Positions 30,501 through 39,374 of a stretch of DNA of 64,000 nt are shown one piece after another. The DNA is taken from positions 50,944-114,943 of IMG/VR virus record IMGVR_UViG_3300044953_000102. One strand, written 5' to 3'. The notes below the pieces were generated by a model. That model was not told where the DNA came from, searched no databases, and worked only from the letters and a program-made list of their open reading frames with translations. Position 1 is the stretch's first letter. Each line of letters begins with the position of its first letter. The translations under genes and the position numbers were made by a program. The stretch comes from a virus.

Positions 30501-31562
30501 ATTTTAGATGAAGGTTTGGGACAAGCTTTTTTAGCTAAGTCTAACGCAGATGCAATATCTGCAGGTAATAAATGGTTACATAATTGGATACAACATCCTA
30601 CAACACAAATGAAAATTCAAGCTGATATGTTGGATGTAATAAACAATAAAAATTTAAATCCTTACAGGATTAAATATGAAACACCAAGATATGGAGATAT
30701 TGTTCTCAATCCAGAAGAACAATATACAGAAGCATTAAAGATTGCTCAAAATTATATGCCTGATGCTAAACCATATTCTTTTGAAAATTTCTTTTCTAAT
30801 TTAAAAGAGGATAAATTAAATCCAATGTTTGATGTTATGGGTATAACATACAAACATCAGTCAGATCCTATTATGCGTAGTTTATATAGTCATGCATTTT
30901 TTAAACCAAACAGTACTCAAATTGATACTGACTATAAACCTTTTAAACATTATGGGACATTTATTAGAAGAAGTCCATCATTTAGTCCTTATCAAAAAGA
31001 ATTAGTAACAATACATGAAGGTACACATGAGTGGATAACAGATAAATTGTTAAAAGAAACTGGTCAAAAAGATTTAATCTTAAGCAGTATTGATCCAGAA
31101 ATTAAAAAACTTTTTGATAAATGGTCAGTAGATCGTGAAACAAAAGATTTAACTGAGGATGAAAAAAAGCTTGCTTATCTATCAAATCCAACAGAAGTGC
31201 ATGCAAGAATAATGGAATTAAGAAGACATAATAATTTAACTCCTTCTGATTATGTTGATGAAAATATGGCAAAAAAATTTCTTGAACAAATTAAAAATAA
31301 AGAAATATCTGGCGGCAAAGAATTTGCAACAGTTTTAAAAAATGATCCTAAAACATTATCTAAATTAATGAATGATTTATATAATATTTCAATTCCTTTG
31401 GGTGTTGGTATTGGAGGAGCATCTTTATTAAAAAATCCATACAAAGAAGAATCACCAATTGGTGGATATAAAATGGGTGGAGAGTTTGAATTAGGTGATG
31501 AAGTAGATGAAGTTACTATGAAAGAATTAAAAAAATTAGGTTTTACATTTGAAAAAATATAA
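27561..31562 (+). CDS. Modular virion cargo protein: SET domain, Cys hairpins, two zincin-like (HExxH) domains
   Basis: SET motifs KSNIHGKGLF, FHNHS, GTEITTNY (~27708-27950); CPEGY repeats; HEFGH (29868) and HEGTH (31014), each followed by PxExHAR. Confidence 0.7.
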   Translation: MYNKKILIDALKKLGSAKAPAQKKDIVVGSNNPTEMFAMQKGFSPYDKKLNVKKSNIHGKGLFTEQPLKKGELIGLAHVNNQPTPIVGNFHNHSENNATALSIRRGNQRYLVAAKDLEPGTEITTNYRLQPELGQPEDFLHSINETPTARRGGSAPKLPNKKNSRAYSRSLDATNRLFAEHPWFKKSKSRKNKIYDPNAKYYQDGGEQGCPEGYTYNPETKRCTRKNTNCPEGYFFDAQEGRCKSKAYREKFELYNKGTKITPTEEEESYSYWPDDLTLKYLDKDIMNNPEGSEVNRPFLINPIKTIGIYNPEREYEEDIDDRYLADTYVNVYPDLNYQVVVDPSKPKGYNADKSIYYVPDENNFEFEKFKQYKKLKEIEKENLSNLAKYPNLITKEWQEDYKYRPQDDPKLFLDAEYYGQGLPGYYTNLTNMPFDKYKNSIKREFNTGCKDCKYHYGISHEYNDDYNINLINLGHVKKGLKSNDPSYDIRNIKEYDYVDLPDESIIPRFDLESADTEPPIYREGDPSMLVPHMRLEPGKKKSKKHRGRLMYGKGQKYKWTTYRQTKDLEFGTHKTNRPIPALVQKFTGYDPKYYQGYDKEVGDETEFVPGEIERAEQEGRKVNFKGAATLRDLKKQKEYERQWLEYQKQKDEVRQRNEDYLKQYNITPEEYEQYYGPFRRGGQLPKAQYGIPQEFYQNWYQNRVMPTPEGQKLLDKIRPEALERSRQMIPYIYSDKLKLDDAGYYDTKTQEIILNKFLPEAQIEATKQHEFGHHIQAGNKFYNVLDKPHQFLVEQNIVEPEKISTGNSEWDEKLKENYDYVTQPDEMHARVMTLRRLAGFQPNQVITEKDLKDYFNRVKEAGEALDPDIEDLRGVTKGNQSIVNLLNDMVSVPSNREDLQVAKYGVELDLTEDEIKKYVDRGYVVEDISIPSLTKMKKGGLPCPPFCSPLIELSKGLSSIAQNIPKTNFLGRGIANTATILDEGLGQAFLAKSNADAISAGNKWLHNWIQHPTTQMKIQADMLDVINNKNLNPYRIKYETPRYGDIVLNPEEQYTEALKIAQNYMPDAKPYSFENFFSNLKEDKLNPMFDVMGITYKHQSDPIMRSLYSHAFFKPNSTQIDTDYKPFKHYGTFIRRSPSFSPYQKELVTIHEGTHEWITDKLLKETGQKDLILSSIDPEIKKLFDKWSVDRETKDLTEDEKKLAYLSNPTEVHARIMELRRHNNLTPSDYVDENMAKKFLEQIKNKEISGGKEFATVLKNDPKTLSKLMNDLYNISIPLGVGIGGASLLKNPYKEESPIGGYKMGGEFELGDEVDEVTMKELKKLGFTFEKI

Positions 31563-31564
31563 TC

Positions 31565-34156
31565 ATGGCTAAGTATAGAATTACCAGTATACCACAGTCT
31601 TTACCAAAAGCGCAATTAGGTTTATTTAAAAATAAAAATACATCTCCATTATGGGAAGCTCAATCTGTTCCAGTTTTTCCAGATCAAGAATCTTCTATTG
31701 AAGATGTTATGCCTAGAAGAACTGCTGAAGAACAAGCTAATATTTTTCCTATTATAAATCCAGATTTGTCAGGTTCTGCTGAATATGATTTTTCAAAAAG
31801 TTGTCCAAATCGTCAAATTTTTTATAGAGGTCAATGTGTTAGTGAAGATGTATTAAATGTAATTCTTCAAAGAGAACAAGAAACTGAAAAATTTCAAGCT
31901 AAAGAAAGTTTTAGAAATCAACAAATTGCACATAATAAAATGCTTGATGATTTGTATATAAAAAATATGCAAATAGCTCAAGAAGAAAAAAATCTTGCTC
32001 AAAAAATTAAACATGAAGATTATGTAAAAGATTTTAAAAAATCAAAAAAATCTACACAAATAAAACCATTAGACGTATTTGATACAAATACATTAAGTGA
32101 AATGGTTCCAGTTATTGGGGATGATGGAAAAGTAGTAATGGATGAAGAGACTGGTAAACCAAAAATGCAAACAAGAAGAGAAGCACTTAGTTCACAATAT
32201 CTTTTAATTGATAATGATGAAAATAGTAACATTGGTTCAACTGGAACTACTTCTGCTTGGCCATTAGCAGTTGTTGCAGATAGAATTTACAATAGTGGAT
32301 TTCAACCAACACAGTTTAAAACAATATGGAAATTTAATGATGACCAAGTAAGACAAGTAAAAGAACAAACTGGTTCATTAATGGAAAATGCAAAAAATGC
32401 ATATGATAATGAAGCATATAATAGAATTTTAAAAAAAGCACTTGAGCTCAACATTACACCAGAAGAAGCTGCAAAAATTGTTGCTGGAAAAAATTCTAGT
32501 TTTGGATATGCAGAAAGTCTAACAAAAGAATATGCTCCCAATGTTCAGAAAATTATAAATACAGCATTTGAAGATCTTATGAAAAAAACAGGATCAAGTG
32601 CTGATGCAGAAAAACTTAGTCCTACTCAAAAAGAATTATTGCTTAATTTAGAAGAAACAAAGGATCAACAATTCTTAAATATAAATGGTGGTCATTATGT
32701 AACAGATAAAGATGGTTATAAAATATGGGTTCCTCCCGGAGTAGGAGCAAATATAATGCCACTACCTGCTGAAAGTACTGCAGTAAGAAATAAGATAGGT
32801 GCATGGACTACAGATCCTGCAACAGGTAAAAAACAGTGGGTTGCACCTAATAATAATACAGCTTATGAAAATGCTCAAGCTGAAAAACTAATTAAAGAGC
32901 AAGAAAATATGGTTGCTCAAATACAATATGCTGCTTTAAGAAGATTAATTGAATCTCCAGATGTTACTGATGCAGAAAGATTAAAAATAGCTAACGATCC
33001 AAAAAAACTTGAAAAACTAATAAGTGAATATGTAAATTGGTCTTATTCACCTGAAGGAGAATTTGATCCACGTAGAGAACAAACTCAAGGTGAATATAGA
33101 TATACTCCTGGACATTTAAAATCAGATTTTAAAATAACTCCTGAAGGTGCACAATGGTCTCCTGGTCGCTATGGTCAGGGAAGATATATTGATGGTCCTG
33201 TAAATATGGTTTATCCTGAGAAATATGTTATGGGACCTGGTGCAGGAGTTCTTGGTGGAGGTCTTAGATTACTTAATAAACCACTTGCTAGTTTTATTGG
33301 AAGTAGTGCTGCACCTTGGTTAACTGCTGGTAATTTATTTGGTGCTTATACTATATATAATGCAGTTAGACCAGAAGGAACTATTTCAAGTGCATATGAT
33401 AAATTTTCAGAGGGTGATTATAAAGGTGGTGCTTTAAAAAGTCTTGAAGCAGCATTGGAGTTGTTTCCCACTGTAGGTATTATTTCAAAAGGTGCTAAAT
33501 TATTAAAGTCAACACCAAGATTTTTTGAATATACTGCTCCTTCAGGTAGAACTTTTGGTCTTGGAAATGCAAACTTACCAAATATAACAACTGCAGAAAA
33601 ACCTGAGCAATTTCTTAGTTTAATGACAGGTAGTAATGCTTCTCAGTTAAAAAATTTATATTCAACAGAAGCTGATATTATAAATGCAGAAAAAGCACTT
33701 GCTAGTGGTCAAGCATTTCCAAGATATACATTTACTCATCCTGCAAAAACACAATTACAACTTGAACAAGCATATCAGAATTTAGATCCTAAAGAATTTA
33801 TGCTTAAGAATTTAGGATTTAGATTAGGAGAAAGTTCACCTATTGAATTTGGAACTTTTAGTCAACCTACAAAATATTCAACAAAATTTGGAGAATTTAC
33901 TTTTGGCCCTAAAAGATTTTATCCTGCTAAACTTGAGAGTATAGATTTTAAATCACCCACGGTCTATGATGAAGGTTCTGTAAATATGTTAGGTCTTAAA
34001 GAAGGAGGTTATCTACCACAAGCTCAAGGAGGGTTAATTGCATTAGCTAAAAATTTATCTAAAGGTTTAGCAATTCCAGTTTCATCTACAGTGTCTGCAT
34101 TAAGAAAAATACCAGCAACATATACTGCAATTGCTGAAGGTGGTAATTTATTTTAA
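31565..34156 (+). CDS. Putative virion cargo protein (probably continues by +1 frameshift to 34478)
   Basis: 863 aa; N-terminal MAKYRI..PKAQLG, internal LKEGGYLPQAQGG; ends TTT-TAA. Confidence 0.65.
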   Translation: MAKYRITSIPQSLPKAQLGLFKNKNTSPLWEAQSVPVFPDQESSIEDVMPRRTAEEQANIFPIINPDLSGSAEYDFSKSCPNRQIFYRGQCVSEDVLNVILQREQETEKFQAKESFRNQQIAHNKMLDDLYIKNMQIAQEEKNLAQKIKHEDYVKDFKKSKKSTQIKPLDVFDTNTLSEMVPVIGDDGKVVMDEETGKPKMQTRREALSSQYLLIDNDENSNIGSTGTTSAWPLAVVADRIYNSGFQPTQFKTIWKFNDDQVRQVKEQTGSLMENAKNAYDNEAYNRILKKALELNITPEEAAKIVAGKNSSFGYAESLTKEYAPNVQKIINTAFEDLMKKTGSSADAEKLSPTQKELLLNLEETKDQQFLNINGGHYVTDKDGYKIWVPPGVGANIMPLPAESTAVRNKIGAWTTDPATGKKQWVAPNNNTAYENAQAEKLIKEQENMVAQIQYAALRRLIESPDVTDAERLKIANDPKKLEKLISEYVNWSYSPEGEFDPRREQTQGEYRYTPGHLKSDFKITPEGAQWSPGRYGQGRYIDGPVNMVYPEKYVMGPGAGVLGGGLRLLNKPLASFIGSSAAPWLTAGNLFGAYTIYNAVRPEGTISSAYDKFSEGDYKGGALKSLEAALELFPTVGIISKGAKLLKSTPRFFEYTAPSGRTFGLGNANLPNITTAEKPEQFLSLMTGSNASQLKNLYSTEADIINAEKALASGQAFPRYTFTHPAKTQLQLEQAYQNLDPKEFMLKNLGFRLGESSPIEFGTFSQPTKYSTKFGEFTFGPKRFYPAKLESIDFKSPTVYDEGSVNMLGLKEGGYLPQAQGGLIALAKNLSKGLAIPVSSTVSALRKIPATYTAIAEGGNLF

Positions 34157-34478
34157 TATAGGTTCAGCAAAAGGTGTTCCTGGTCGTGCTACAGATCCAT
34201 TAACTAATACCGCAAGAGGAACTGGTTTACATACAAGACAATGGATAAGTGGTAAGGGAAATCAAATAGGCACTATTGATCCTACTTTTAGATTTACGGA
34301 TATGAACAAAATGAGTGCTAAAGATTATTTAGAAATGGAAAGAGAAAAAGAAGACTTAATAAAGCTTTTTAATACTGGTTGGAGAGGTCATTATAAAAAA
34401 GGTGGTGTTTCAATGAAACTTTCTAAAAAAGAAATTGATCAATATATCAAAGATGGATATATAGTTGAGGATGAATAA
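34131..34478 (+). CDS. +1-frame continuation of 31565 ORF (C-terminal part)
   Basis: Poor TTG start; overlaps the upstream stop; ends with the cargo C-terminal motif YKKGG..LSKKEIDQYIKDGYIVEDE. Confidence 0.55.
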   Translation: MLKVVIYFNIGSAKGVPGRATDPLTNTARGTGLHTRQWISGKGNQIGTIDPTFRFTDMNKMSAKDYLEMEREKEDLIKLFNTGWRGHYKKGGVSMKLSKKEIDQYIKDGYIVEDE

Positions 34479-34519
34479 ACTTTATAAGTTTATTGATTAA
34501 ATTAAAATTTAGTATATTT
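34474..34519 (+). promoter_or_regulatory. Perfect palindrome AATAAACTT-TAT-AAGTTTATT overlapping putative promoter TTTA-N20-TATATTT
   Basis: 9-bp inverted repeat at 34474-34494; near-copies at 4298 and 42786. Confidence 0.6.
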
Positions 34520-34536
34520 AATATATAATATATCTT

Positions 34537-37500
34537 ATGAAAAAATCTGTAAGAATAAGAAAAGCACTTCCAGGAGAAAAACCAGGGTATTATAATAAGA
34601 CAGCCAAGTTTTTGAAAAAGGCTCAAATGGGCATGGAAGTAAATTCACCAAGTAATGATCCTCAAAGATTAAATGCAATATATACTAATGTATATGCTTC
34701 TTTAATGTCTGACATTACTCCAGATGTAATTTATAGTTCATTAATTGGTGAGTATGCTTTAGATGAGAATACTGCTCTTATGATATTAAGATCTGCATTA
34801 GGAAAACTTGCAGAAGAAGGTAAAATTGATCCAGAGTCTTTAGAGGGTGGTAATTCACAACAAAATCAAAAACAAGAAGAACAACCTAGTGAAACACAAG
34901 ACAGAGAAAGTCAAGAAGAATATGATCAACGCATGTCTGAAGATGCTGAACAAGATGAGTTGGCAATGTCAGATGAAGGTTATTATGATGAAGAAGAAGC
35001 AGCAAATAATGATAATTCTCATTTAGATACCGAACAAGAACAACAACAACAGGCTTTTGCATTTGGTGGTTACTATGATACGGGTGGTGAGTCAGATGAA
35101 GATTATTCAGATTACTATGATGATTCAAATCAAAGTTCTTCTCCAGAAAATGCTGTTATAAATCAATATAATAATCCTGGTCAAAATAAAATGAAGAAAC
35201 CTTTTTCTATGGAAGATCTAATAAATATGACACCAGGTATTCAAGGTACTCAATCTGTACCAGGTATAGAAGATTATTTAGGAGATTATAGACCTATATC
35301 AGAATCATATGGGTCAATGGATTACTTACCACAAGCACAATGGGGAGGATTAAGTTTACTACCTGGTTTAACAAGACAAGTTGAAAAAGGCATAGAAGCT
35401 TTTAATAAAGGCTATAGTGCAATTAGGGGTTTAAGTCCAATGACTAATGTATCAGGTATAAGAAAAGCACTTCCACTTGCTACATTAACAGGAGAAGCTT
35501 TAACTAAATTACCATATATTGGAAAAAAATTAGCTCCACAATTAAAAACCACATTTACACAAAACAGAAATCATTTATGGAAGGTTTTAAATGGTGCTGG
35601 TCCAAATCAAGAAATTTTTGGAAATGTTGGAACTCGTGCTAATCCTGATGGTAGTTTACAAGTAAATAGATTATTACTATATCAAGATGATGTAGCAAAA
35701 ATAGTTAGTCAAATTGAAGACTCTGGAAGTCCTGCTGCAGTTATAGAACCAGATGGTTCAATGAGTTGGGATTATAGCAAAACACTTCCTGAAAGAAAAG
35801 TATTTGAGCTTGGTGAAGTACAACCAATGGCTGCAGCAGATGGTTTAGTAAGTGGTGTATATCCCATGAATTCTAAAGTAACTGGTGGAGTGGATGATAA
35901 AGGAAATAAATTTTTTGAGATTTCACATAAATTTGGCCCTAATCAAACATTACCTTTTGGATCAACATCAAGTAAAGCAAAAGAATTAACATTTAAAAAT
36001 AGATTTTATTATAAAACTGTAGTTGATCCTGCTACTAATCAAACATCTATTAAAGTGTTTGGACCATTGGGAGAAGAATTAACACCTGGCACTCAAACTA
36101 AATTTAAAATACAAAGACCTTTTATACCATCTGTATTAAGAACTGTAGCAGAAAAATTTTTGCAAGATCCTAATACACCTTTTCCAAATTTTCAAGTAGA
36201 TTTTGGAAGAAATCCAAACGGTCCTTTTACAAGTAGGGTTGGTCGCGTAGATATTACTTCTACTCCACCATCTACAGTAGATAGGTTAAGTACTAGGGGT
36301 AAAATTGGTAGAGGTTTAGAAAATTTTGCTTTAAGTACTTATATACCACAAATATTTGGATTAGGTAATCCATTAAGAACATCTCCAAAAAATGTAACTC
36401 CATTAAAACTTCCAGTTCTTGGATATACAAGTTCTGCATTAGGTCCTAATGTTGTTAATCCAGCACTTGAAACTGGTGTTGCTAGTGACATTGCAAATGC
36501 AATGAACTATAAATATAGAATAGGACGTAATGCATTAATAGGAGCAGGAGGATTAGGTTACTTAGGGTATAAGACTTGGGATGCTTTTTATAATCAGTGT
36601 CAATGTGATAATCCAACAGGTAGAAATTATATGCCTAAAGATGAGTATGGTAATTGTCCTTGTGGAGGAGATGTTGATGATAAAAGAATACTAGATCCTA
36701 CAGAACAGCCGACTGTTCAAGATATTATGAAGTTTTTGGATGAGCAGGGTCTTTATCCTACTGAAAAAGATTACTATAGACTTAAAGGAAAAAATAAAAG
36801 AAGTAAAGCTGTTGATTATAAAACTGGAGGTATAACAGAAAAACAATTTGTAAAAGCATTCTCTTCTAAATTCCAAGATGGTGGACCTCAAGATCAATCA
36901 TTGGGTAAAGGTAAAAGAATGGATACCCTTACTAATGATGTAGAAGCTAGAAAAGATATCTTTAAAAGTAAACTTAAAGATAATTCTAATGTAGCTCTTA
37001 CAAAAGAAATTTATAAAAATGCACAAAGTAATCCTCAGATCTTAAACATGTTAATGCAAGATGGTCCTAAAGAAAATCTTGCTGAAGATACAGGAATGCA
37101 AACAGCACAATTTGGAGGAGTTCCTAATTGGTATACTGGATATAACACAGCTTTATCACCAAAAGAGTATAGAAAGTTATATAGACAAATGAAAAGAATG
37201 ATACCAAGAGGTCTAGATATATCTAGAGCTAACATGGCATCAAACTTTTATGACAATAGATTTATGCAGCCAGGTTACGGTACAGTAGTTACTACACCTG
37301 AGTATATGAATATGCTTGCTATGTCTTCATTACCATTGTACAAAAGTGCAGCCAATGTTTATGGAGGTGGTAGAAAACCTTCTGAATTACAAGCATATGA
37401 AGCTACAGCAATCAATAATGAAAAAGGAATACCATTACTTCCTGAAATGACTCCAGACTTTATTGATTCTCCATTAGTAAGGGGTTCAGGTGGTCAATTT

Positions 37501-39366
37501 ATCGCAGGTGATGAAAATCTTTTGACATATGATCAAGGAGGTTTTGTAGATATGGATGCTGAAAATCCTTTAGTAAGATTTATCTACGGTGGAGATGAAA
37601 CCGGATACTATGAACCAGAAGATTTACCAATGGCTCAATTTGGTCAAAATATAATGAATAAAGATCTTGAGCAAAGAGTAGTAGGGGATAAATTATCATA
37701 TGATGATTGGGTTGAGGGTGAAAGAGATGATTTTGCAACAACACATCCTGGTGAAGATTTTGATACTTGGAAAGCTGGTCAAACTGGTCAAGATGATTAT
37801 AAAAAATATGAAGATTTTTATGGTAAATCTTTATATGATTATACAAACTTTGATGATCCAAATGTAAATCCTAATCCAAATAATAATCCAAATAATAATA
37901 CACAAAATGGTAAAAATTGTCCTCAAGGATATGTTTGGAATGCAACATATAATGCATGTATACCGGTAGCTCAAGTTACTTATAATCCAAGAGTTGTTAG
38001 AGGTCAATCAGGATTATTTAGAAATTTAGCTCCTTGGAATCCAGCATTTGGTTATGCAGGATCTTGGACAAAACAAATGTCATTACCATATCAATTAGGT
38101 TCTCGTAATCCTTATATGGGTCAACTTACCGGTGCACCTGCTGCACGATATGTTACCAAAAAAGGAATATTTGGAAAACCTAAAAAATGGATTGATATTT
38201 ATGATGTTGATGCAGCAGATGATATTTTAAGTAATTACGATTATGTGGGTCCAGAAAATATAAACTCATATGATAATAATAATATGCAGCAAACTAGAAA
38301 AAAAAGTTCTGGTGATAGACTAGATAGACGGATTGCAAGATGGGATAGAAGAGCTGCAAGAAATGAAGAGGAGTATGAACCTATGGAAGGTGCTATTACA
38401 AACTATGAAAACCCAGATGATTTTTATAATGCAATAAATCCTGTTTCTAGAGAAGATGCTCAATTCTTAGGTGCTGGTTATACTGCTTCTGAAGATTATA
38501 AAAATAAAGGTAAAGTAAGAACAGTTAGAGATGCAGAAGGTAACTGGTATGATAGAGATGATAAAATGATACCTGGTAAAAAAGCTCCTTCAGAAGTTCC
38601 TGGATATTATGATAAAAAAAGTAATTTAACAAAAGATGAACTTAAGTTACTTGAAAATTTAAAATATTTTAGACATGGAGGTTTACATACATATGGGCCT
38701 GGTGGTGCTAATGATCCTAATACTAATCCACCGGCTTGGATGTCAGGTCCTAATCCAAAACAATATGGCACATATGATGGAAATATGATAAGTCAAGCAC
38801 CAATGGGTACAACCAAAGGTTTTGATGAGTTTGGTAATCCTGTAAGTCAAGCACCAGCATTTGGTATTCAACCACCAGCAGCTGCATCACCAGAAAACTA
38901 TTATGTTAAAGATCAAAATCCAATTAAAAGAAATTTAGTTGGGGTAGAAAATAAAAGAAAAGACATGTTTAATGTTGATTCAGAATCTTTTCTAAATCAA
39001 ACTAATGCATTTGCAAGAGGAGCTTTAAATTTATTTGATCCTGAGAAAAAAAGACAATGTGGTCCTGGAACTACTTGGAACTCAAGCACACAAACATGCC
39101 AACCTACAGATGCAATGGATATCTATGCTACAGCTACTGAACAAGATAGAGGTGACTGGACAGATATAGGTTCTAAGGCTGGTCTATATAGATATGATCA
39201 AGAAGGACAAGATAGAAGCAGTAGAGCAACCTTTGGTCAGTATGGTGGATACATGCAAGATGGTGGTTTTTATGACCCATATTACGAAGAGGATGAAGAA
39301 GTAATTATGACTCCTGAAGAATTAGAACAATTCTTGGCATCTGGAGGACAAGTTGAATATTTATAA
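34537..39366 (+). CDS. Large putative virion cargo/ejection protein
   Basis: 1609 aa; many xxxGG motifs, acidic stretch, hydrophobic ALIGAGGLGYLGY segment, Cys hairpins; position between muzzle and RNAP. Confidence 0.65.
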   Translation: MKKSVRIRKALPGEKPGYYNKTAKFLKKAQMGMEVNSPSNDPQRLNAIYTNVYASLMSDITPDVIYSSLIGEYALDENTALMILRSALGKLAEEGKIDPESLEGGNSQQNQKQEEQPSETQDRESQEEYDQRMSEDAEQDELAMSDEGYYDEEEAANNDNSHLDTEQEQQQQAFAFGGYYDTGGESDEDYSDYYDDSNQSSSPENAVINQYNNPGQNKMKKPFSMEDLINMTPGIQGTQSVPGIEDYLGDYRPISESYGSMDYLPQAQWGGLSLLPGLTRQVEKGIEAFNKGYSAIRGLSPMTNVSGIRKALPLATLTGEALTKLPYIGKKLAPQLKTTFTQNRNHLWKVLNGAGPNQEIFGNVGTRANPDGSLQVNRLLLYQDDVAKIVSQIEDSGSPAAVIEPDGSMSWDYSKTLPERKVFELGEVQPMAAADGLVSGVYPMNSKVTGGVDDKGNKFFEISHKFGPNQTLPFGSTSSKAKELTFKNRFYYKTVVDPATNQTSIKVFGPLGEELTPGTQTKFKIQRPFIPSVLRTVAEKFLQDPNTPFPNFQVDFGRNPNGPFTSRVGRVDITSTPPSTVDRLSTRGKIGRGLENFALSTYIPQIFGLGNPLRTSPKNVTPLKLPVLGYTSSALGPNVVNPALETGVASDIANAMNYKYRIGRNALIGAGGLGYLGYKTWDAFYNQCQCDNPTGRNYMPKDEYGNCPCGGDVDDKRILDPTEQPTVQDIMKFLDEQGLYPTEKDYYRLKGKNKRSKAVDYKTGGITEKQFVKAFSSKFQDGGPQDQSLGKGKRMDTLTNDVEARKDIFKSKLKDNSNVALTKEIYKNAQSNPQILNMLMQDGPKENLAEDTGMQTAQFGGVPNWYTGYNTALSPKEYRKLYRQMKRMIPRGLDISRANMASNFYDNRFMQPGYGTVVTTPEYMNMLAMSSLPLYKSAANVYGGGRKPSELQAYEATAINNEKGIPLLPEMTPDFIDSPLVRGSGGQFIAGDENLLTYDQGGFVDMDAENPLVRFIYGGDETGYYEPEDLPMAQFGQNIMNKDLEQRVVGDKLSYDDWVEGERDDFATTHPGEDFDTWKAGQTGQDDYKKYEDFYGKSLYDYTNFDDPNVNPNPNNNPNNNTQNGKNCPQGYVWNATYNACIPVAQVTYNPRVVRGQSGLFRNLAPWNPAFGYAGSWTKQMSLPYQLGSRNPYMGQLTGAPAARYVTKKGIFGKPKKWIDIYDVDAADDILSNYDYVGPENINSYDNNNMQQTRKKSSGDRLDRRIARWDRRAARNEEEYEPMEGAITNYENPDDFYNAINPVSREDAQFLGAGYTASEDYKNKGKVRTVRDAEGNWYDRDDKMIPGKKAPSEVPGYYDKKSNLTKDELKLLENLKYFRHGGLHTYGPGGANDPNTNPPAWMSGPNPKQYGTYDGNMISQAPMGTTKGFDEFGNPVSQAPAFGIQPPAAASPENYYVKDQNPIKRNLVGVENKRKDMFNVDSESFLNQTNAFARGALNLFDPEKKRQCGPGTTWNSSTQTCQPTDAMDIYATATEQDRGDWTDIGSKAGLYRYDQEGQDRSSRATFGQYGGYMQDGGFYDPYYEEDEEVIMTPEELEQFLASGGQVEYL

Positions 39367-39374
39367 CATAACCA

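Noticed and set aside
37855-37905. AATCC/AATAAT short tandem repeats
   Set aside because: They simply encode an Asn/Pro linker (PNVNPNPNNNPNNN); no evidence of a regulatory repeat.
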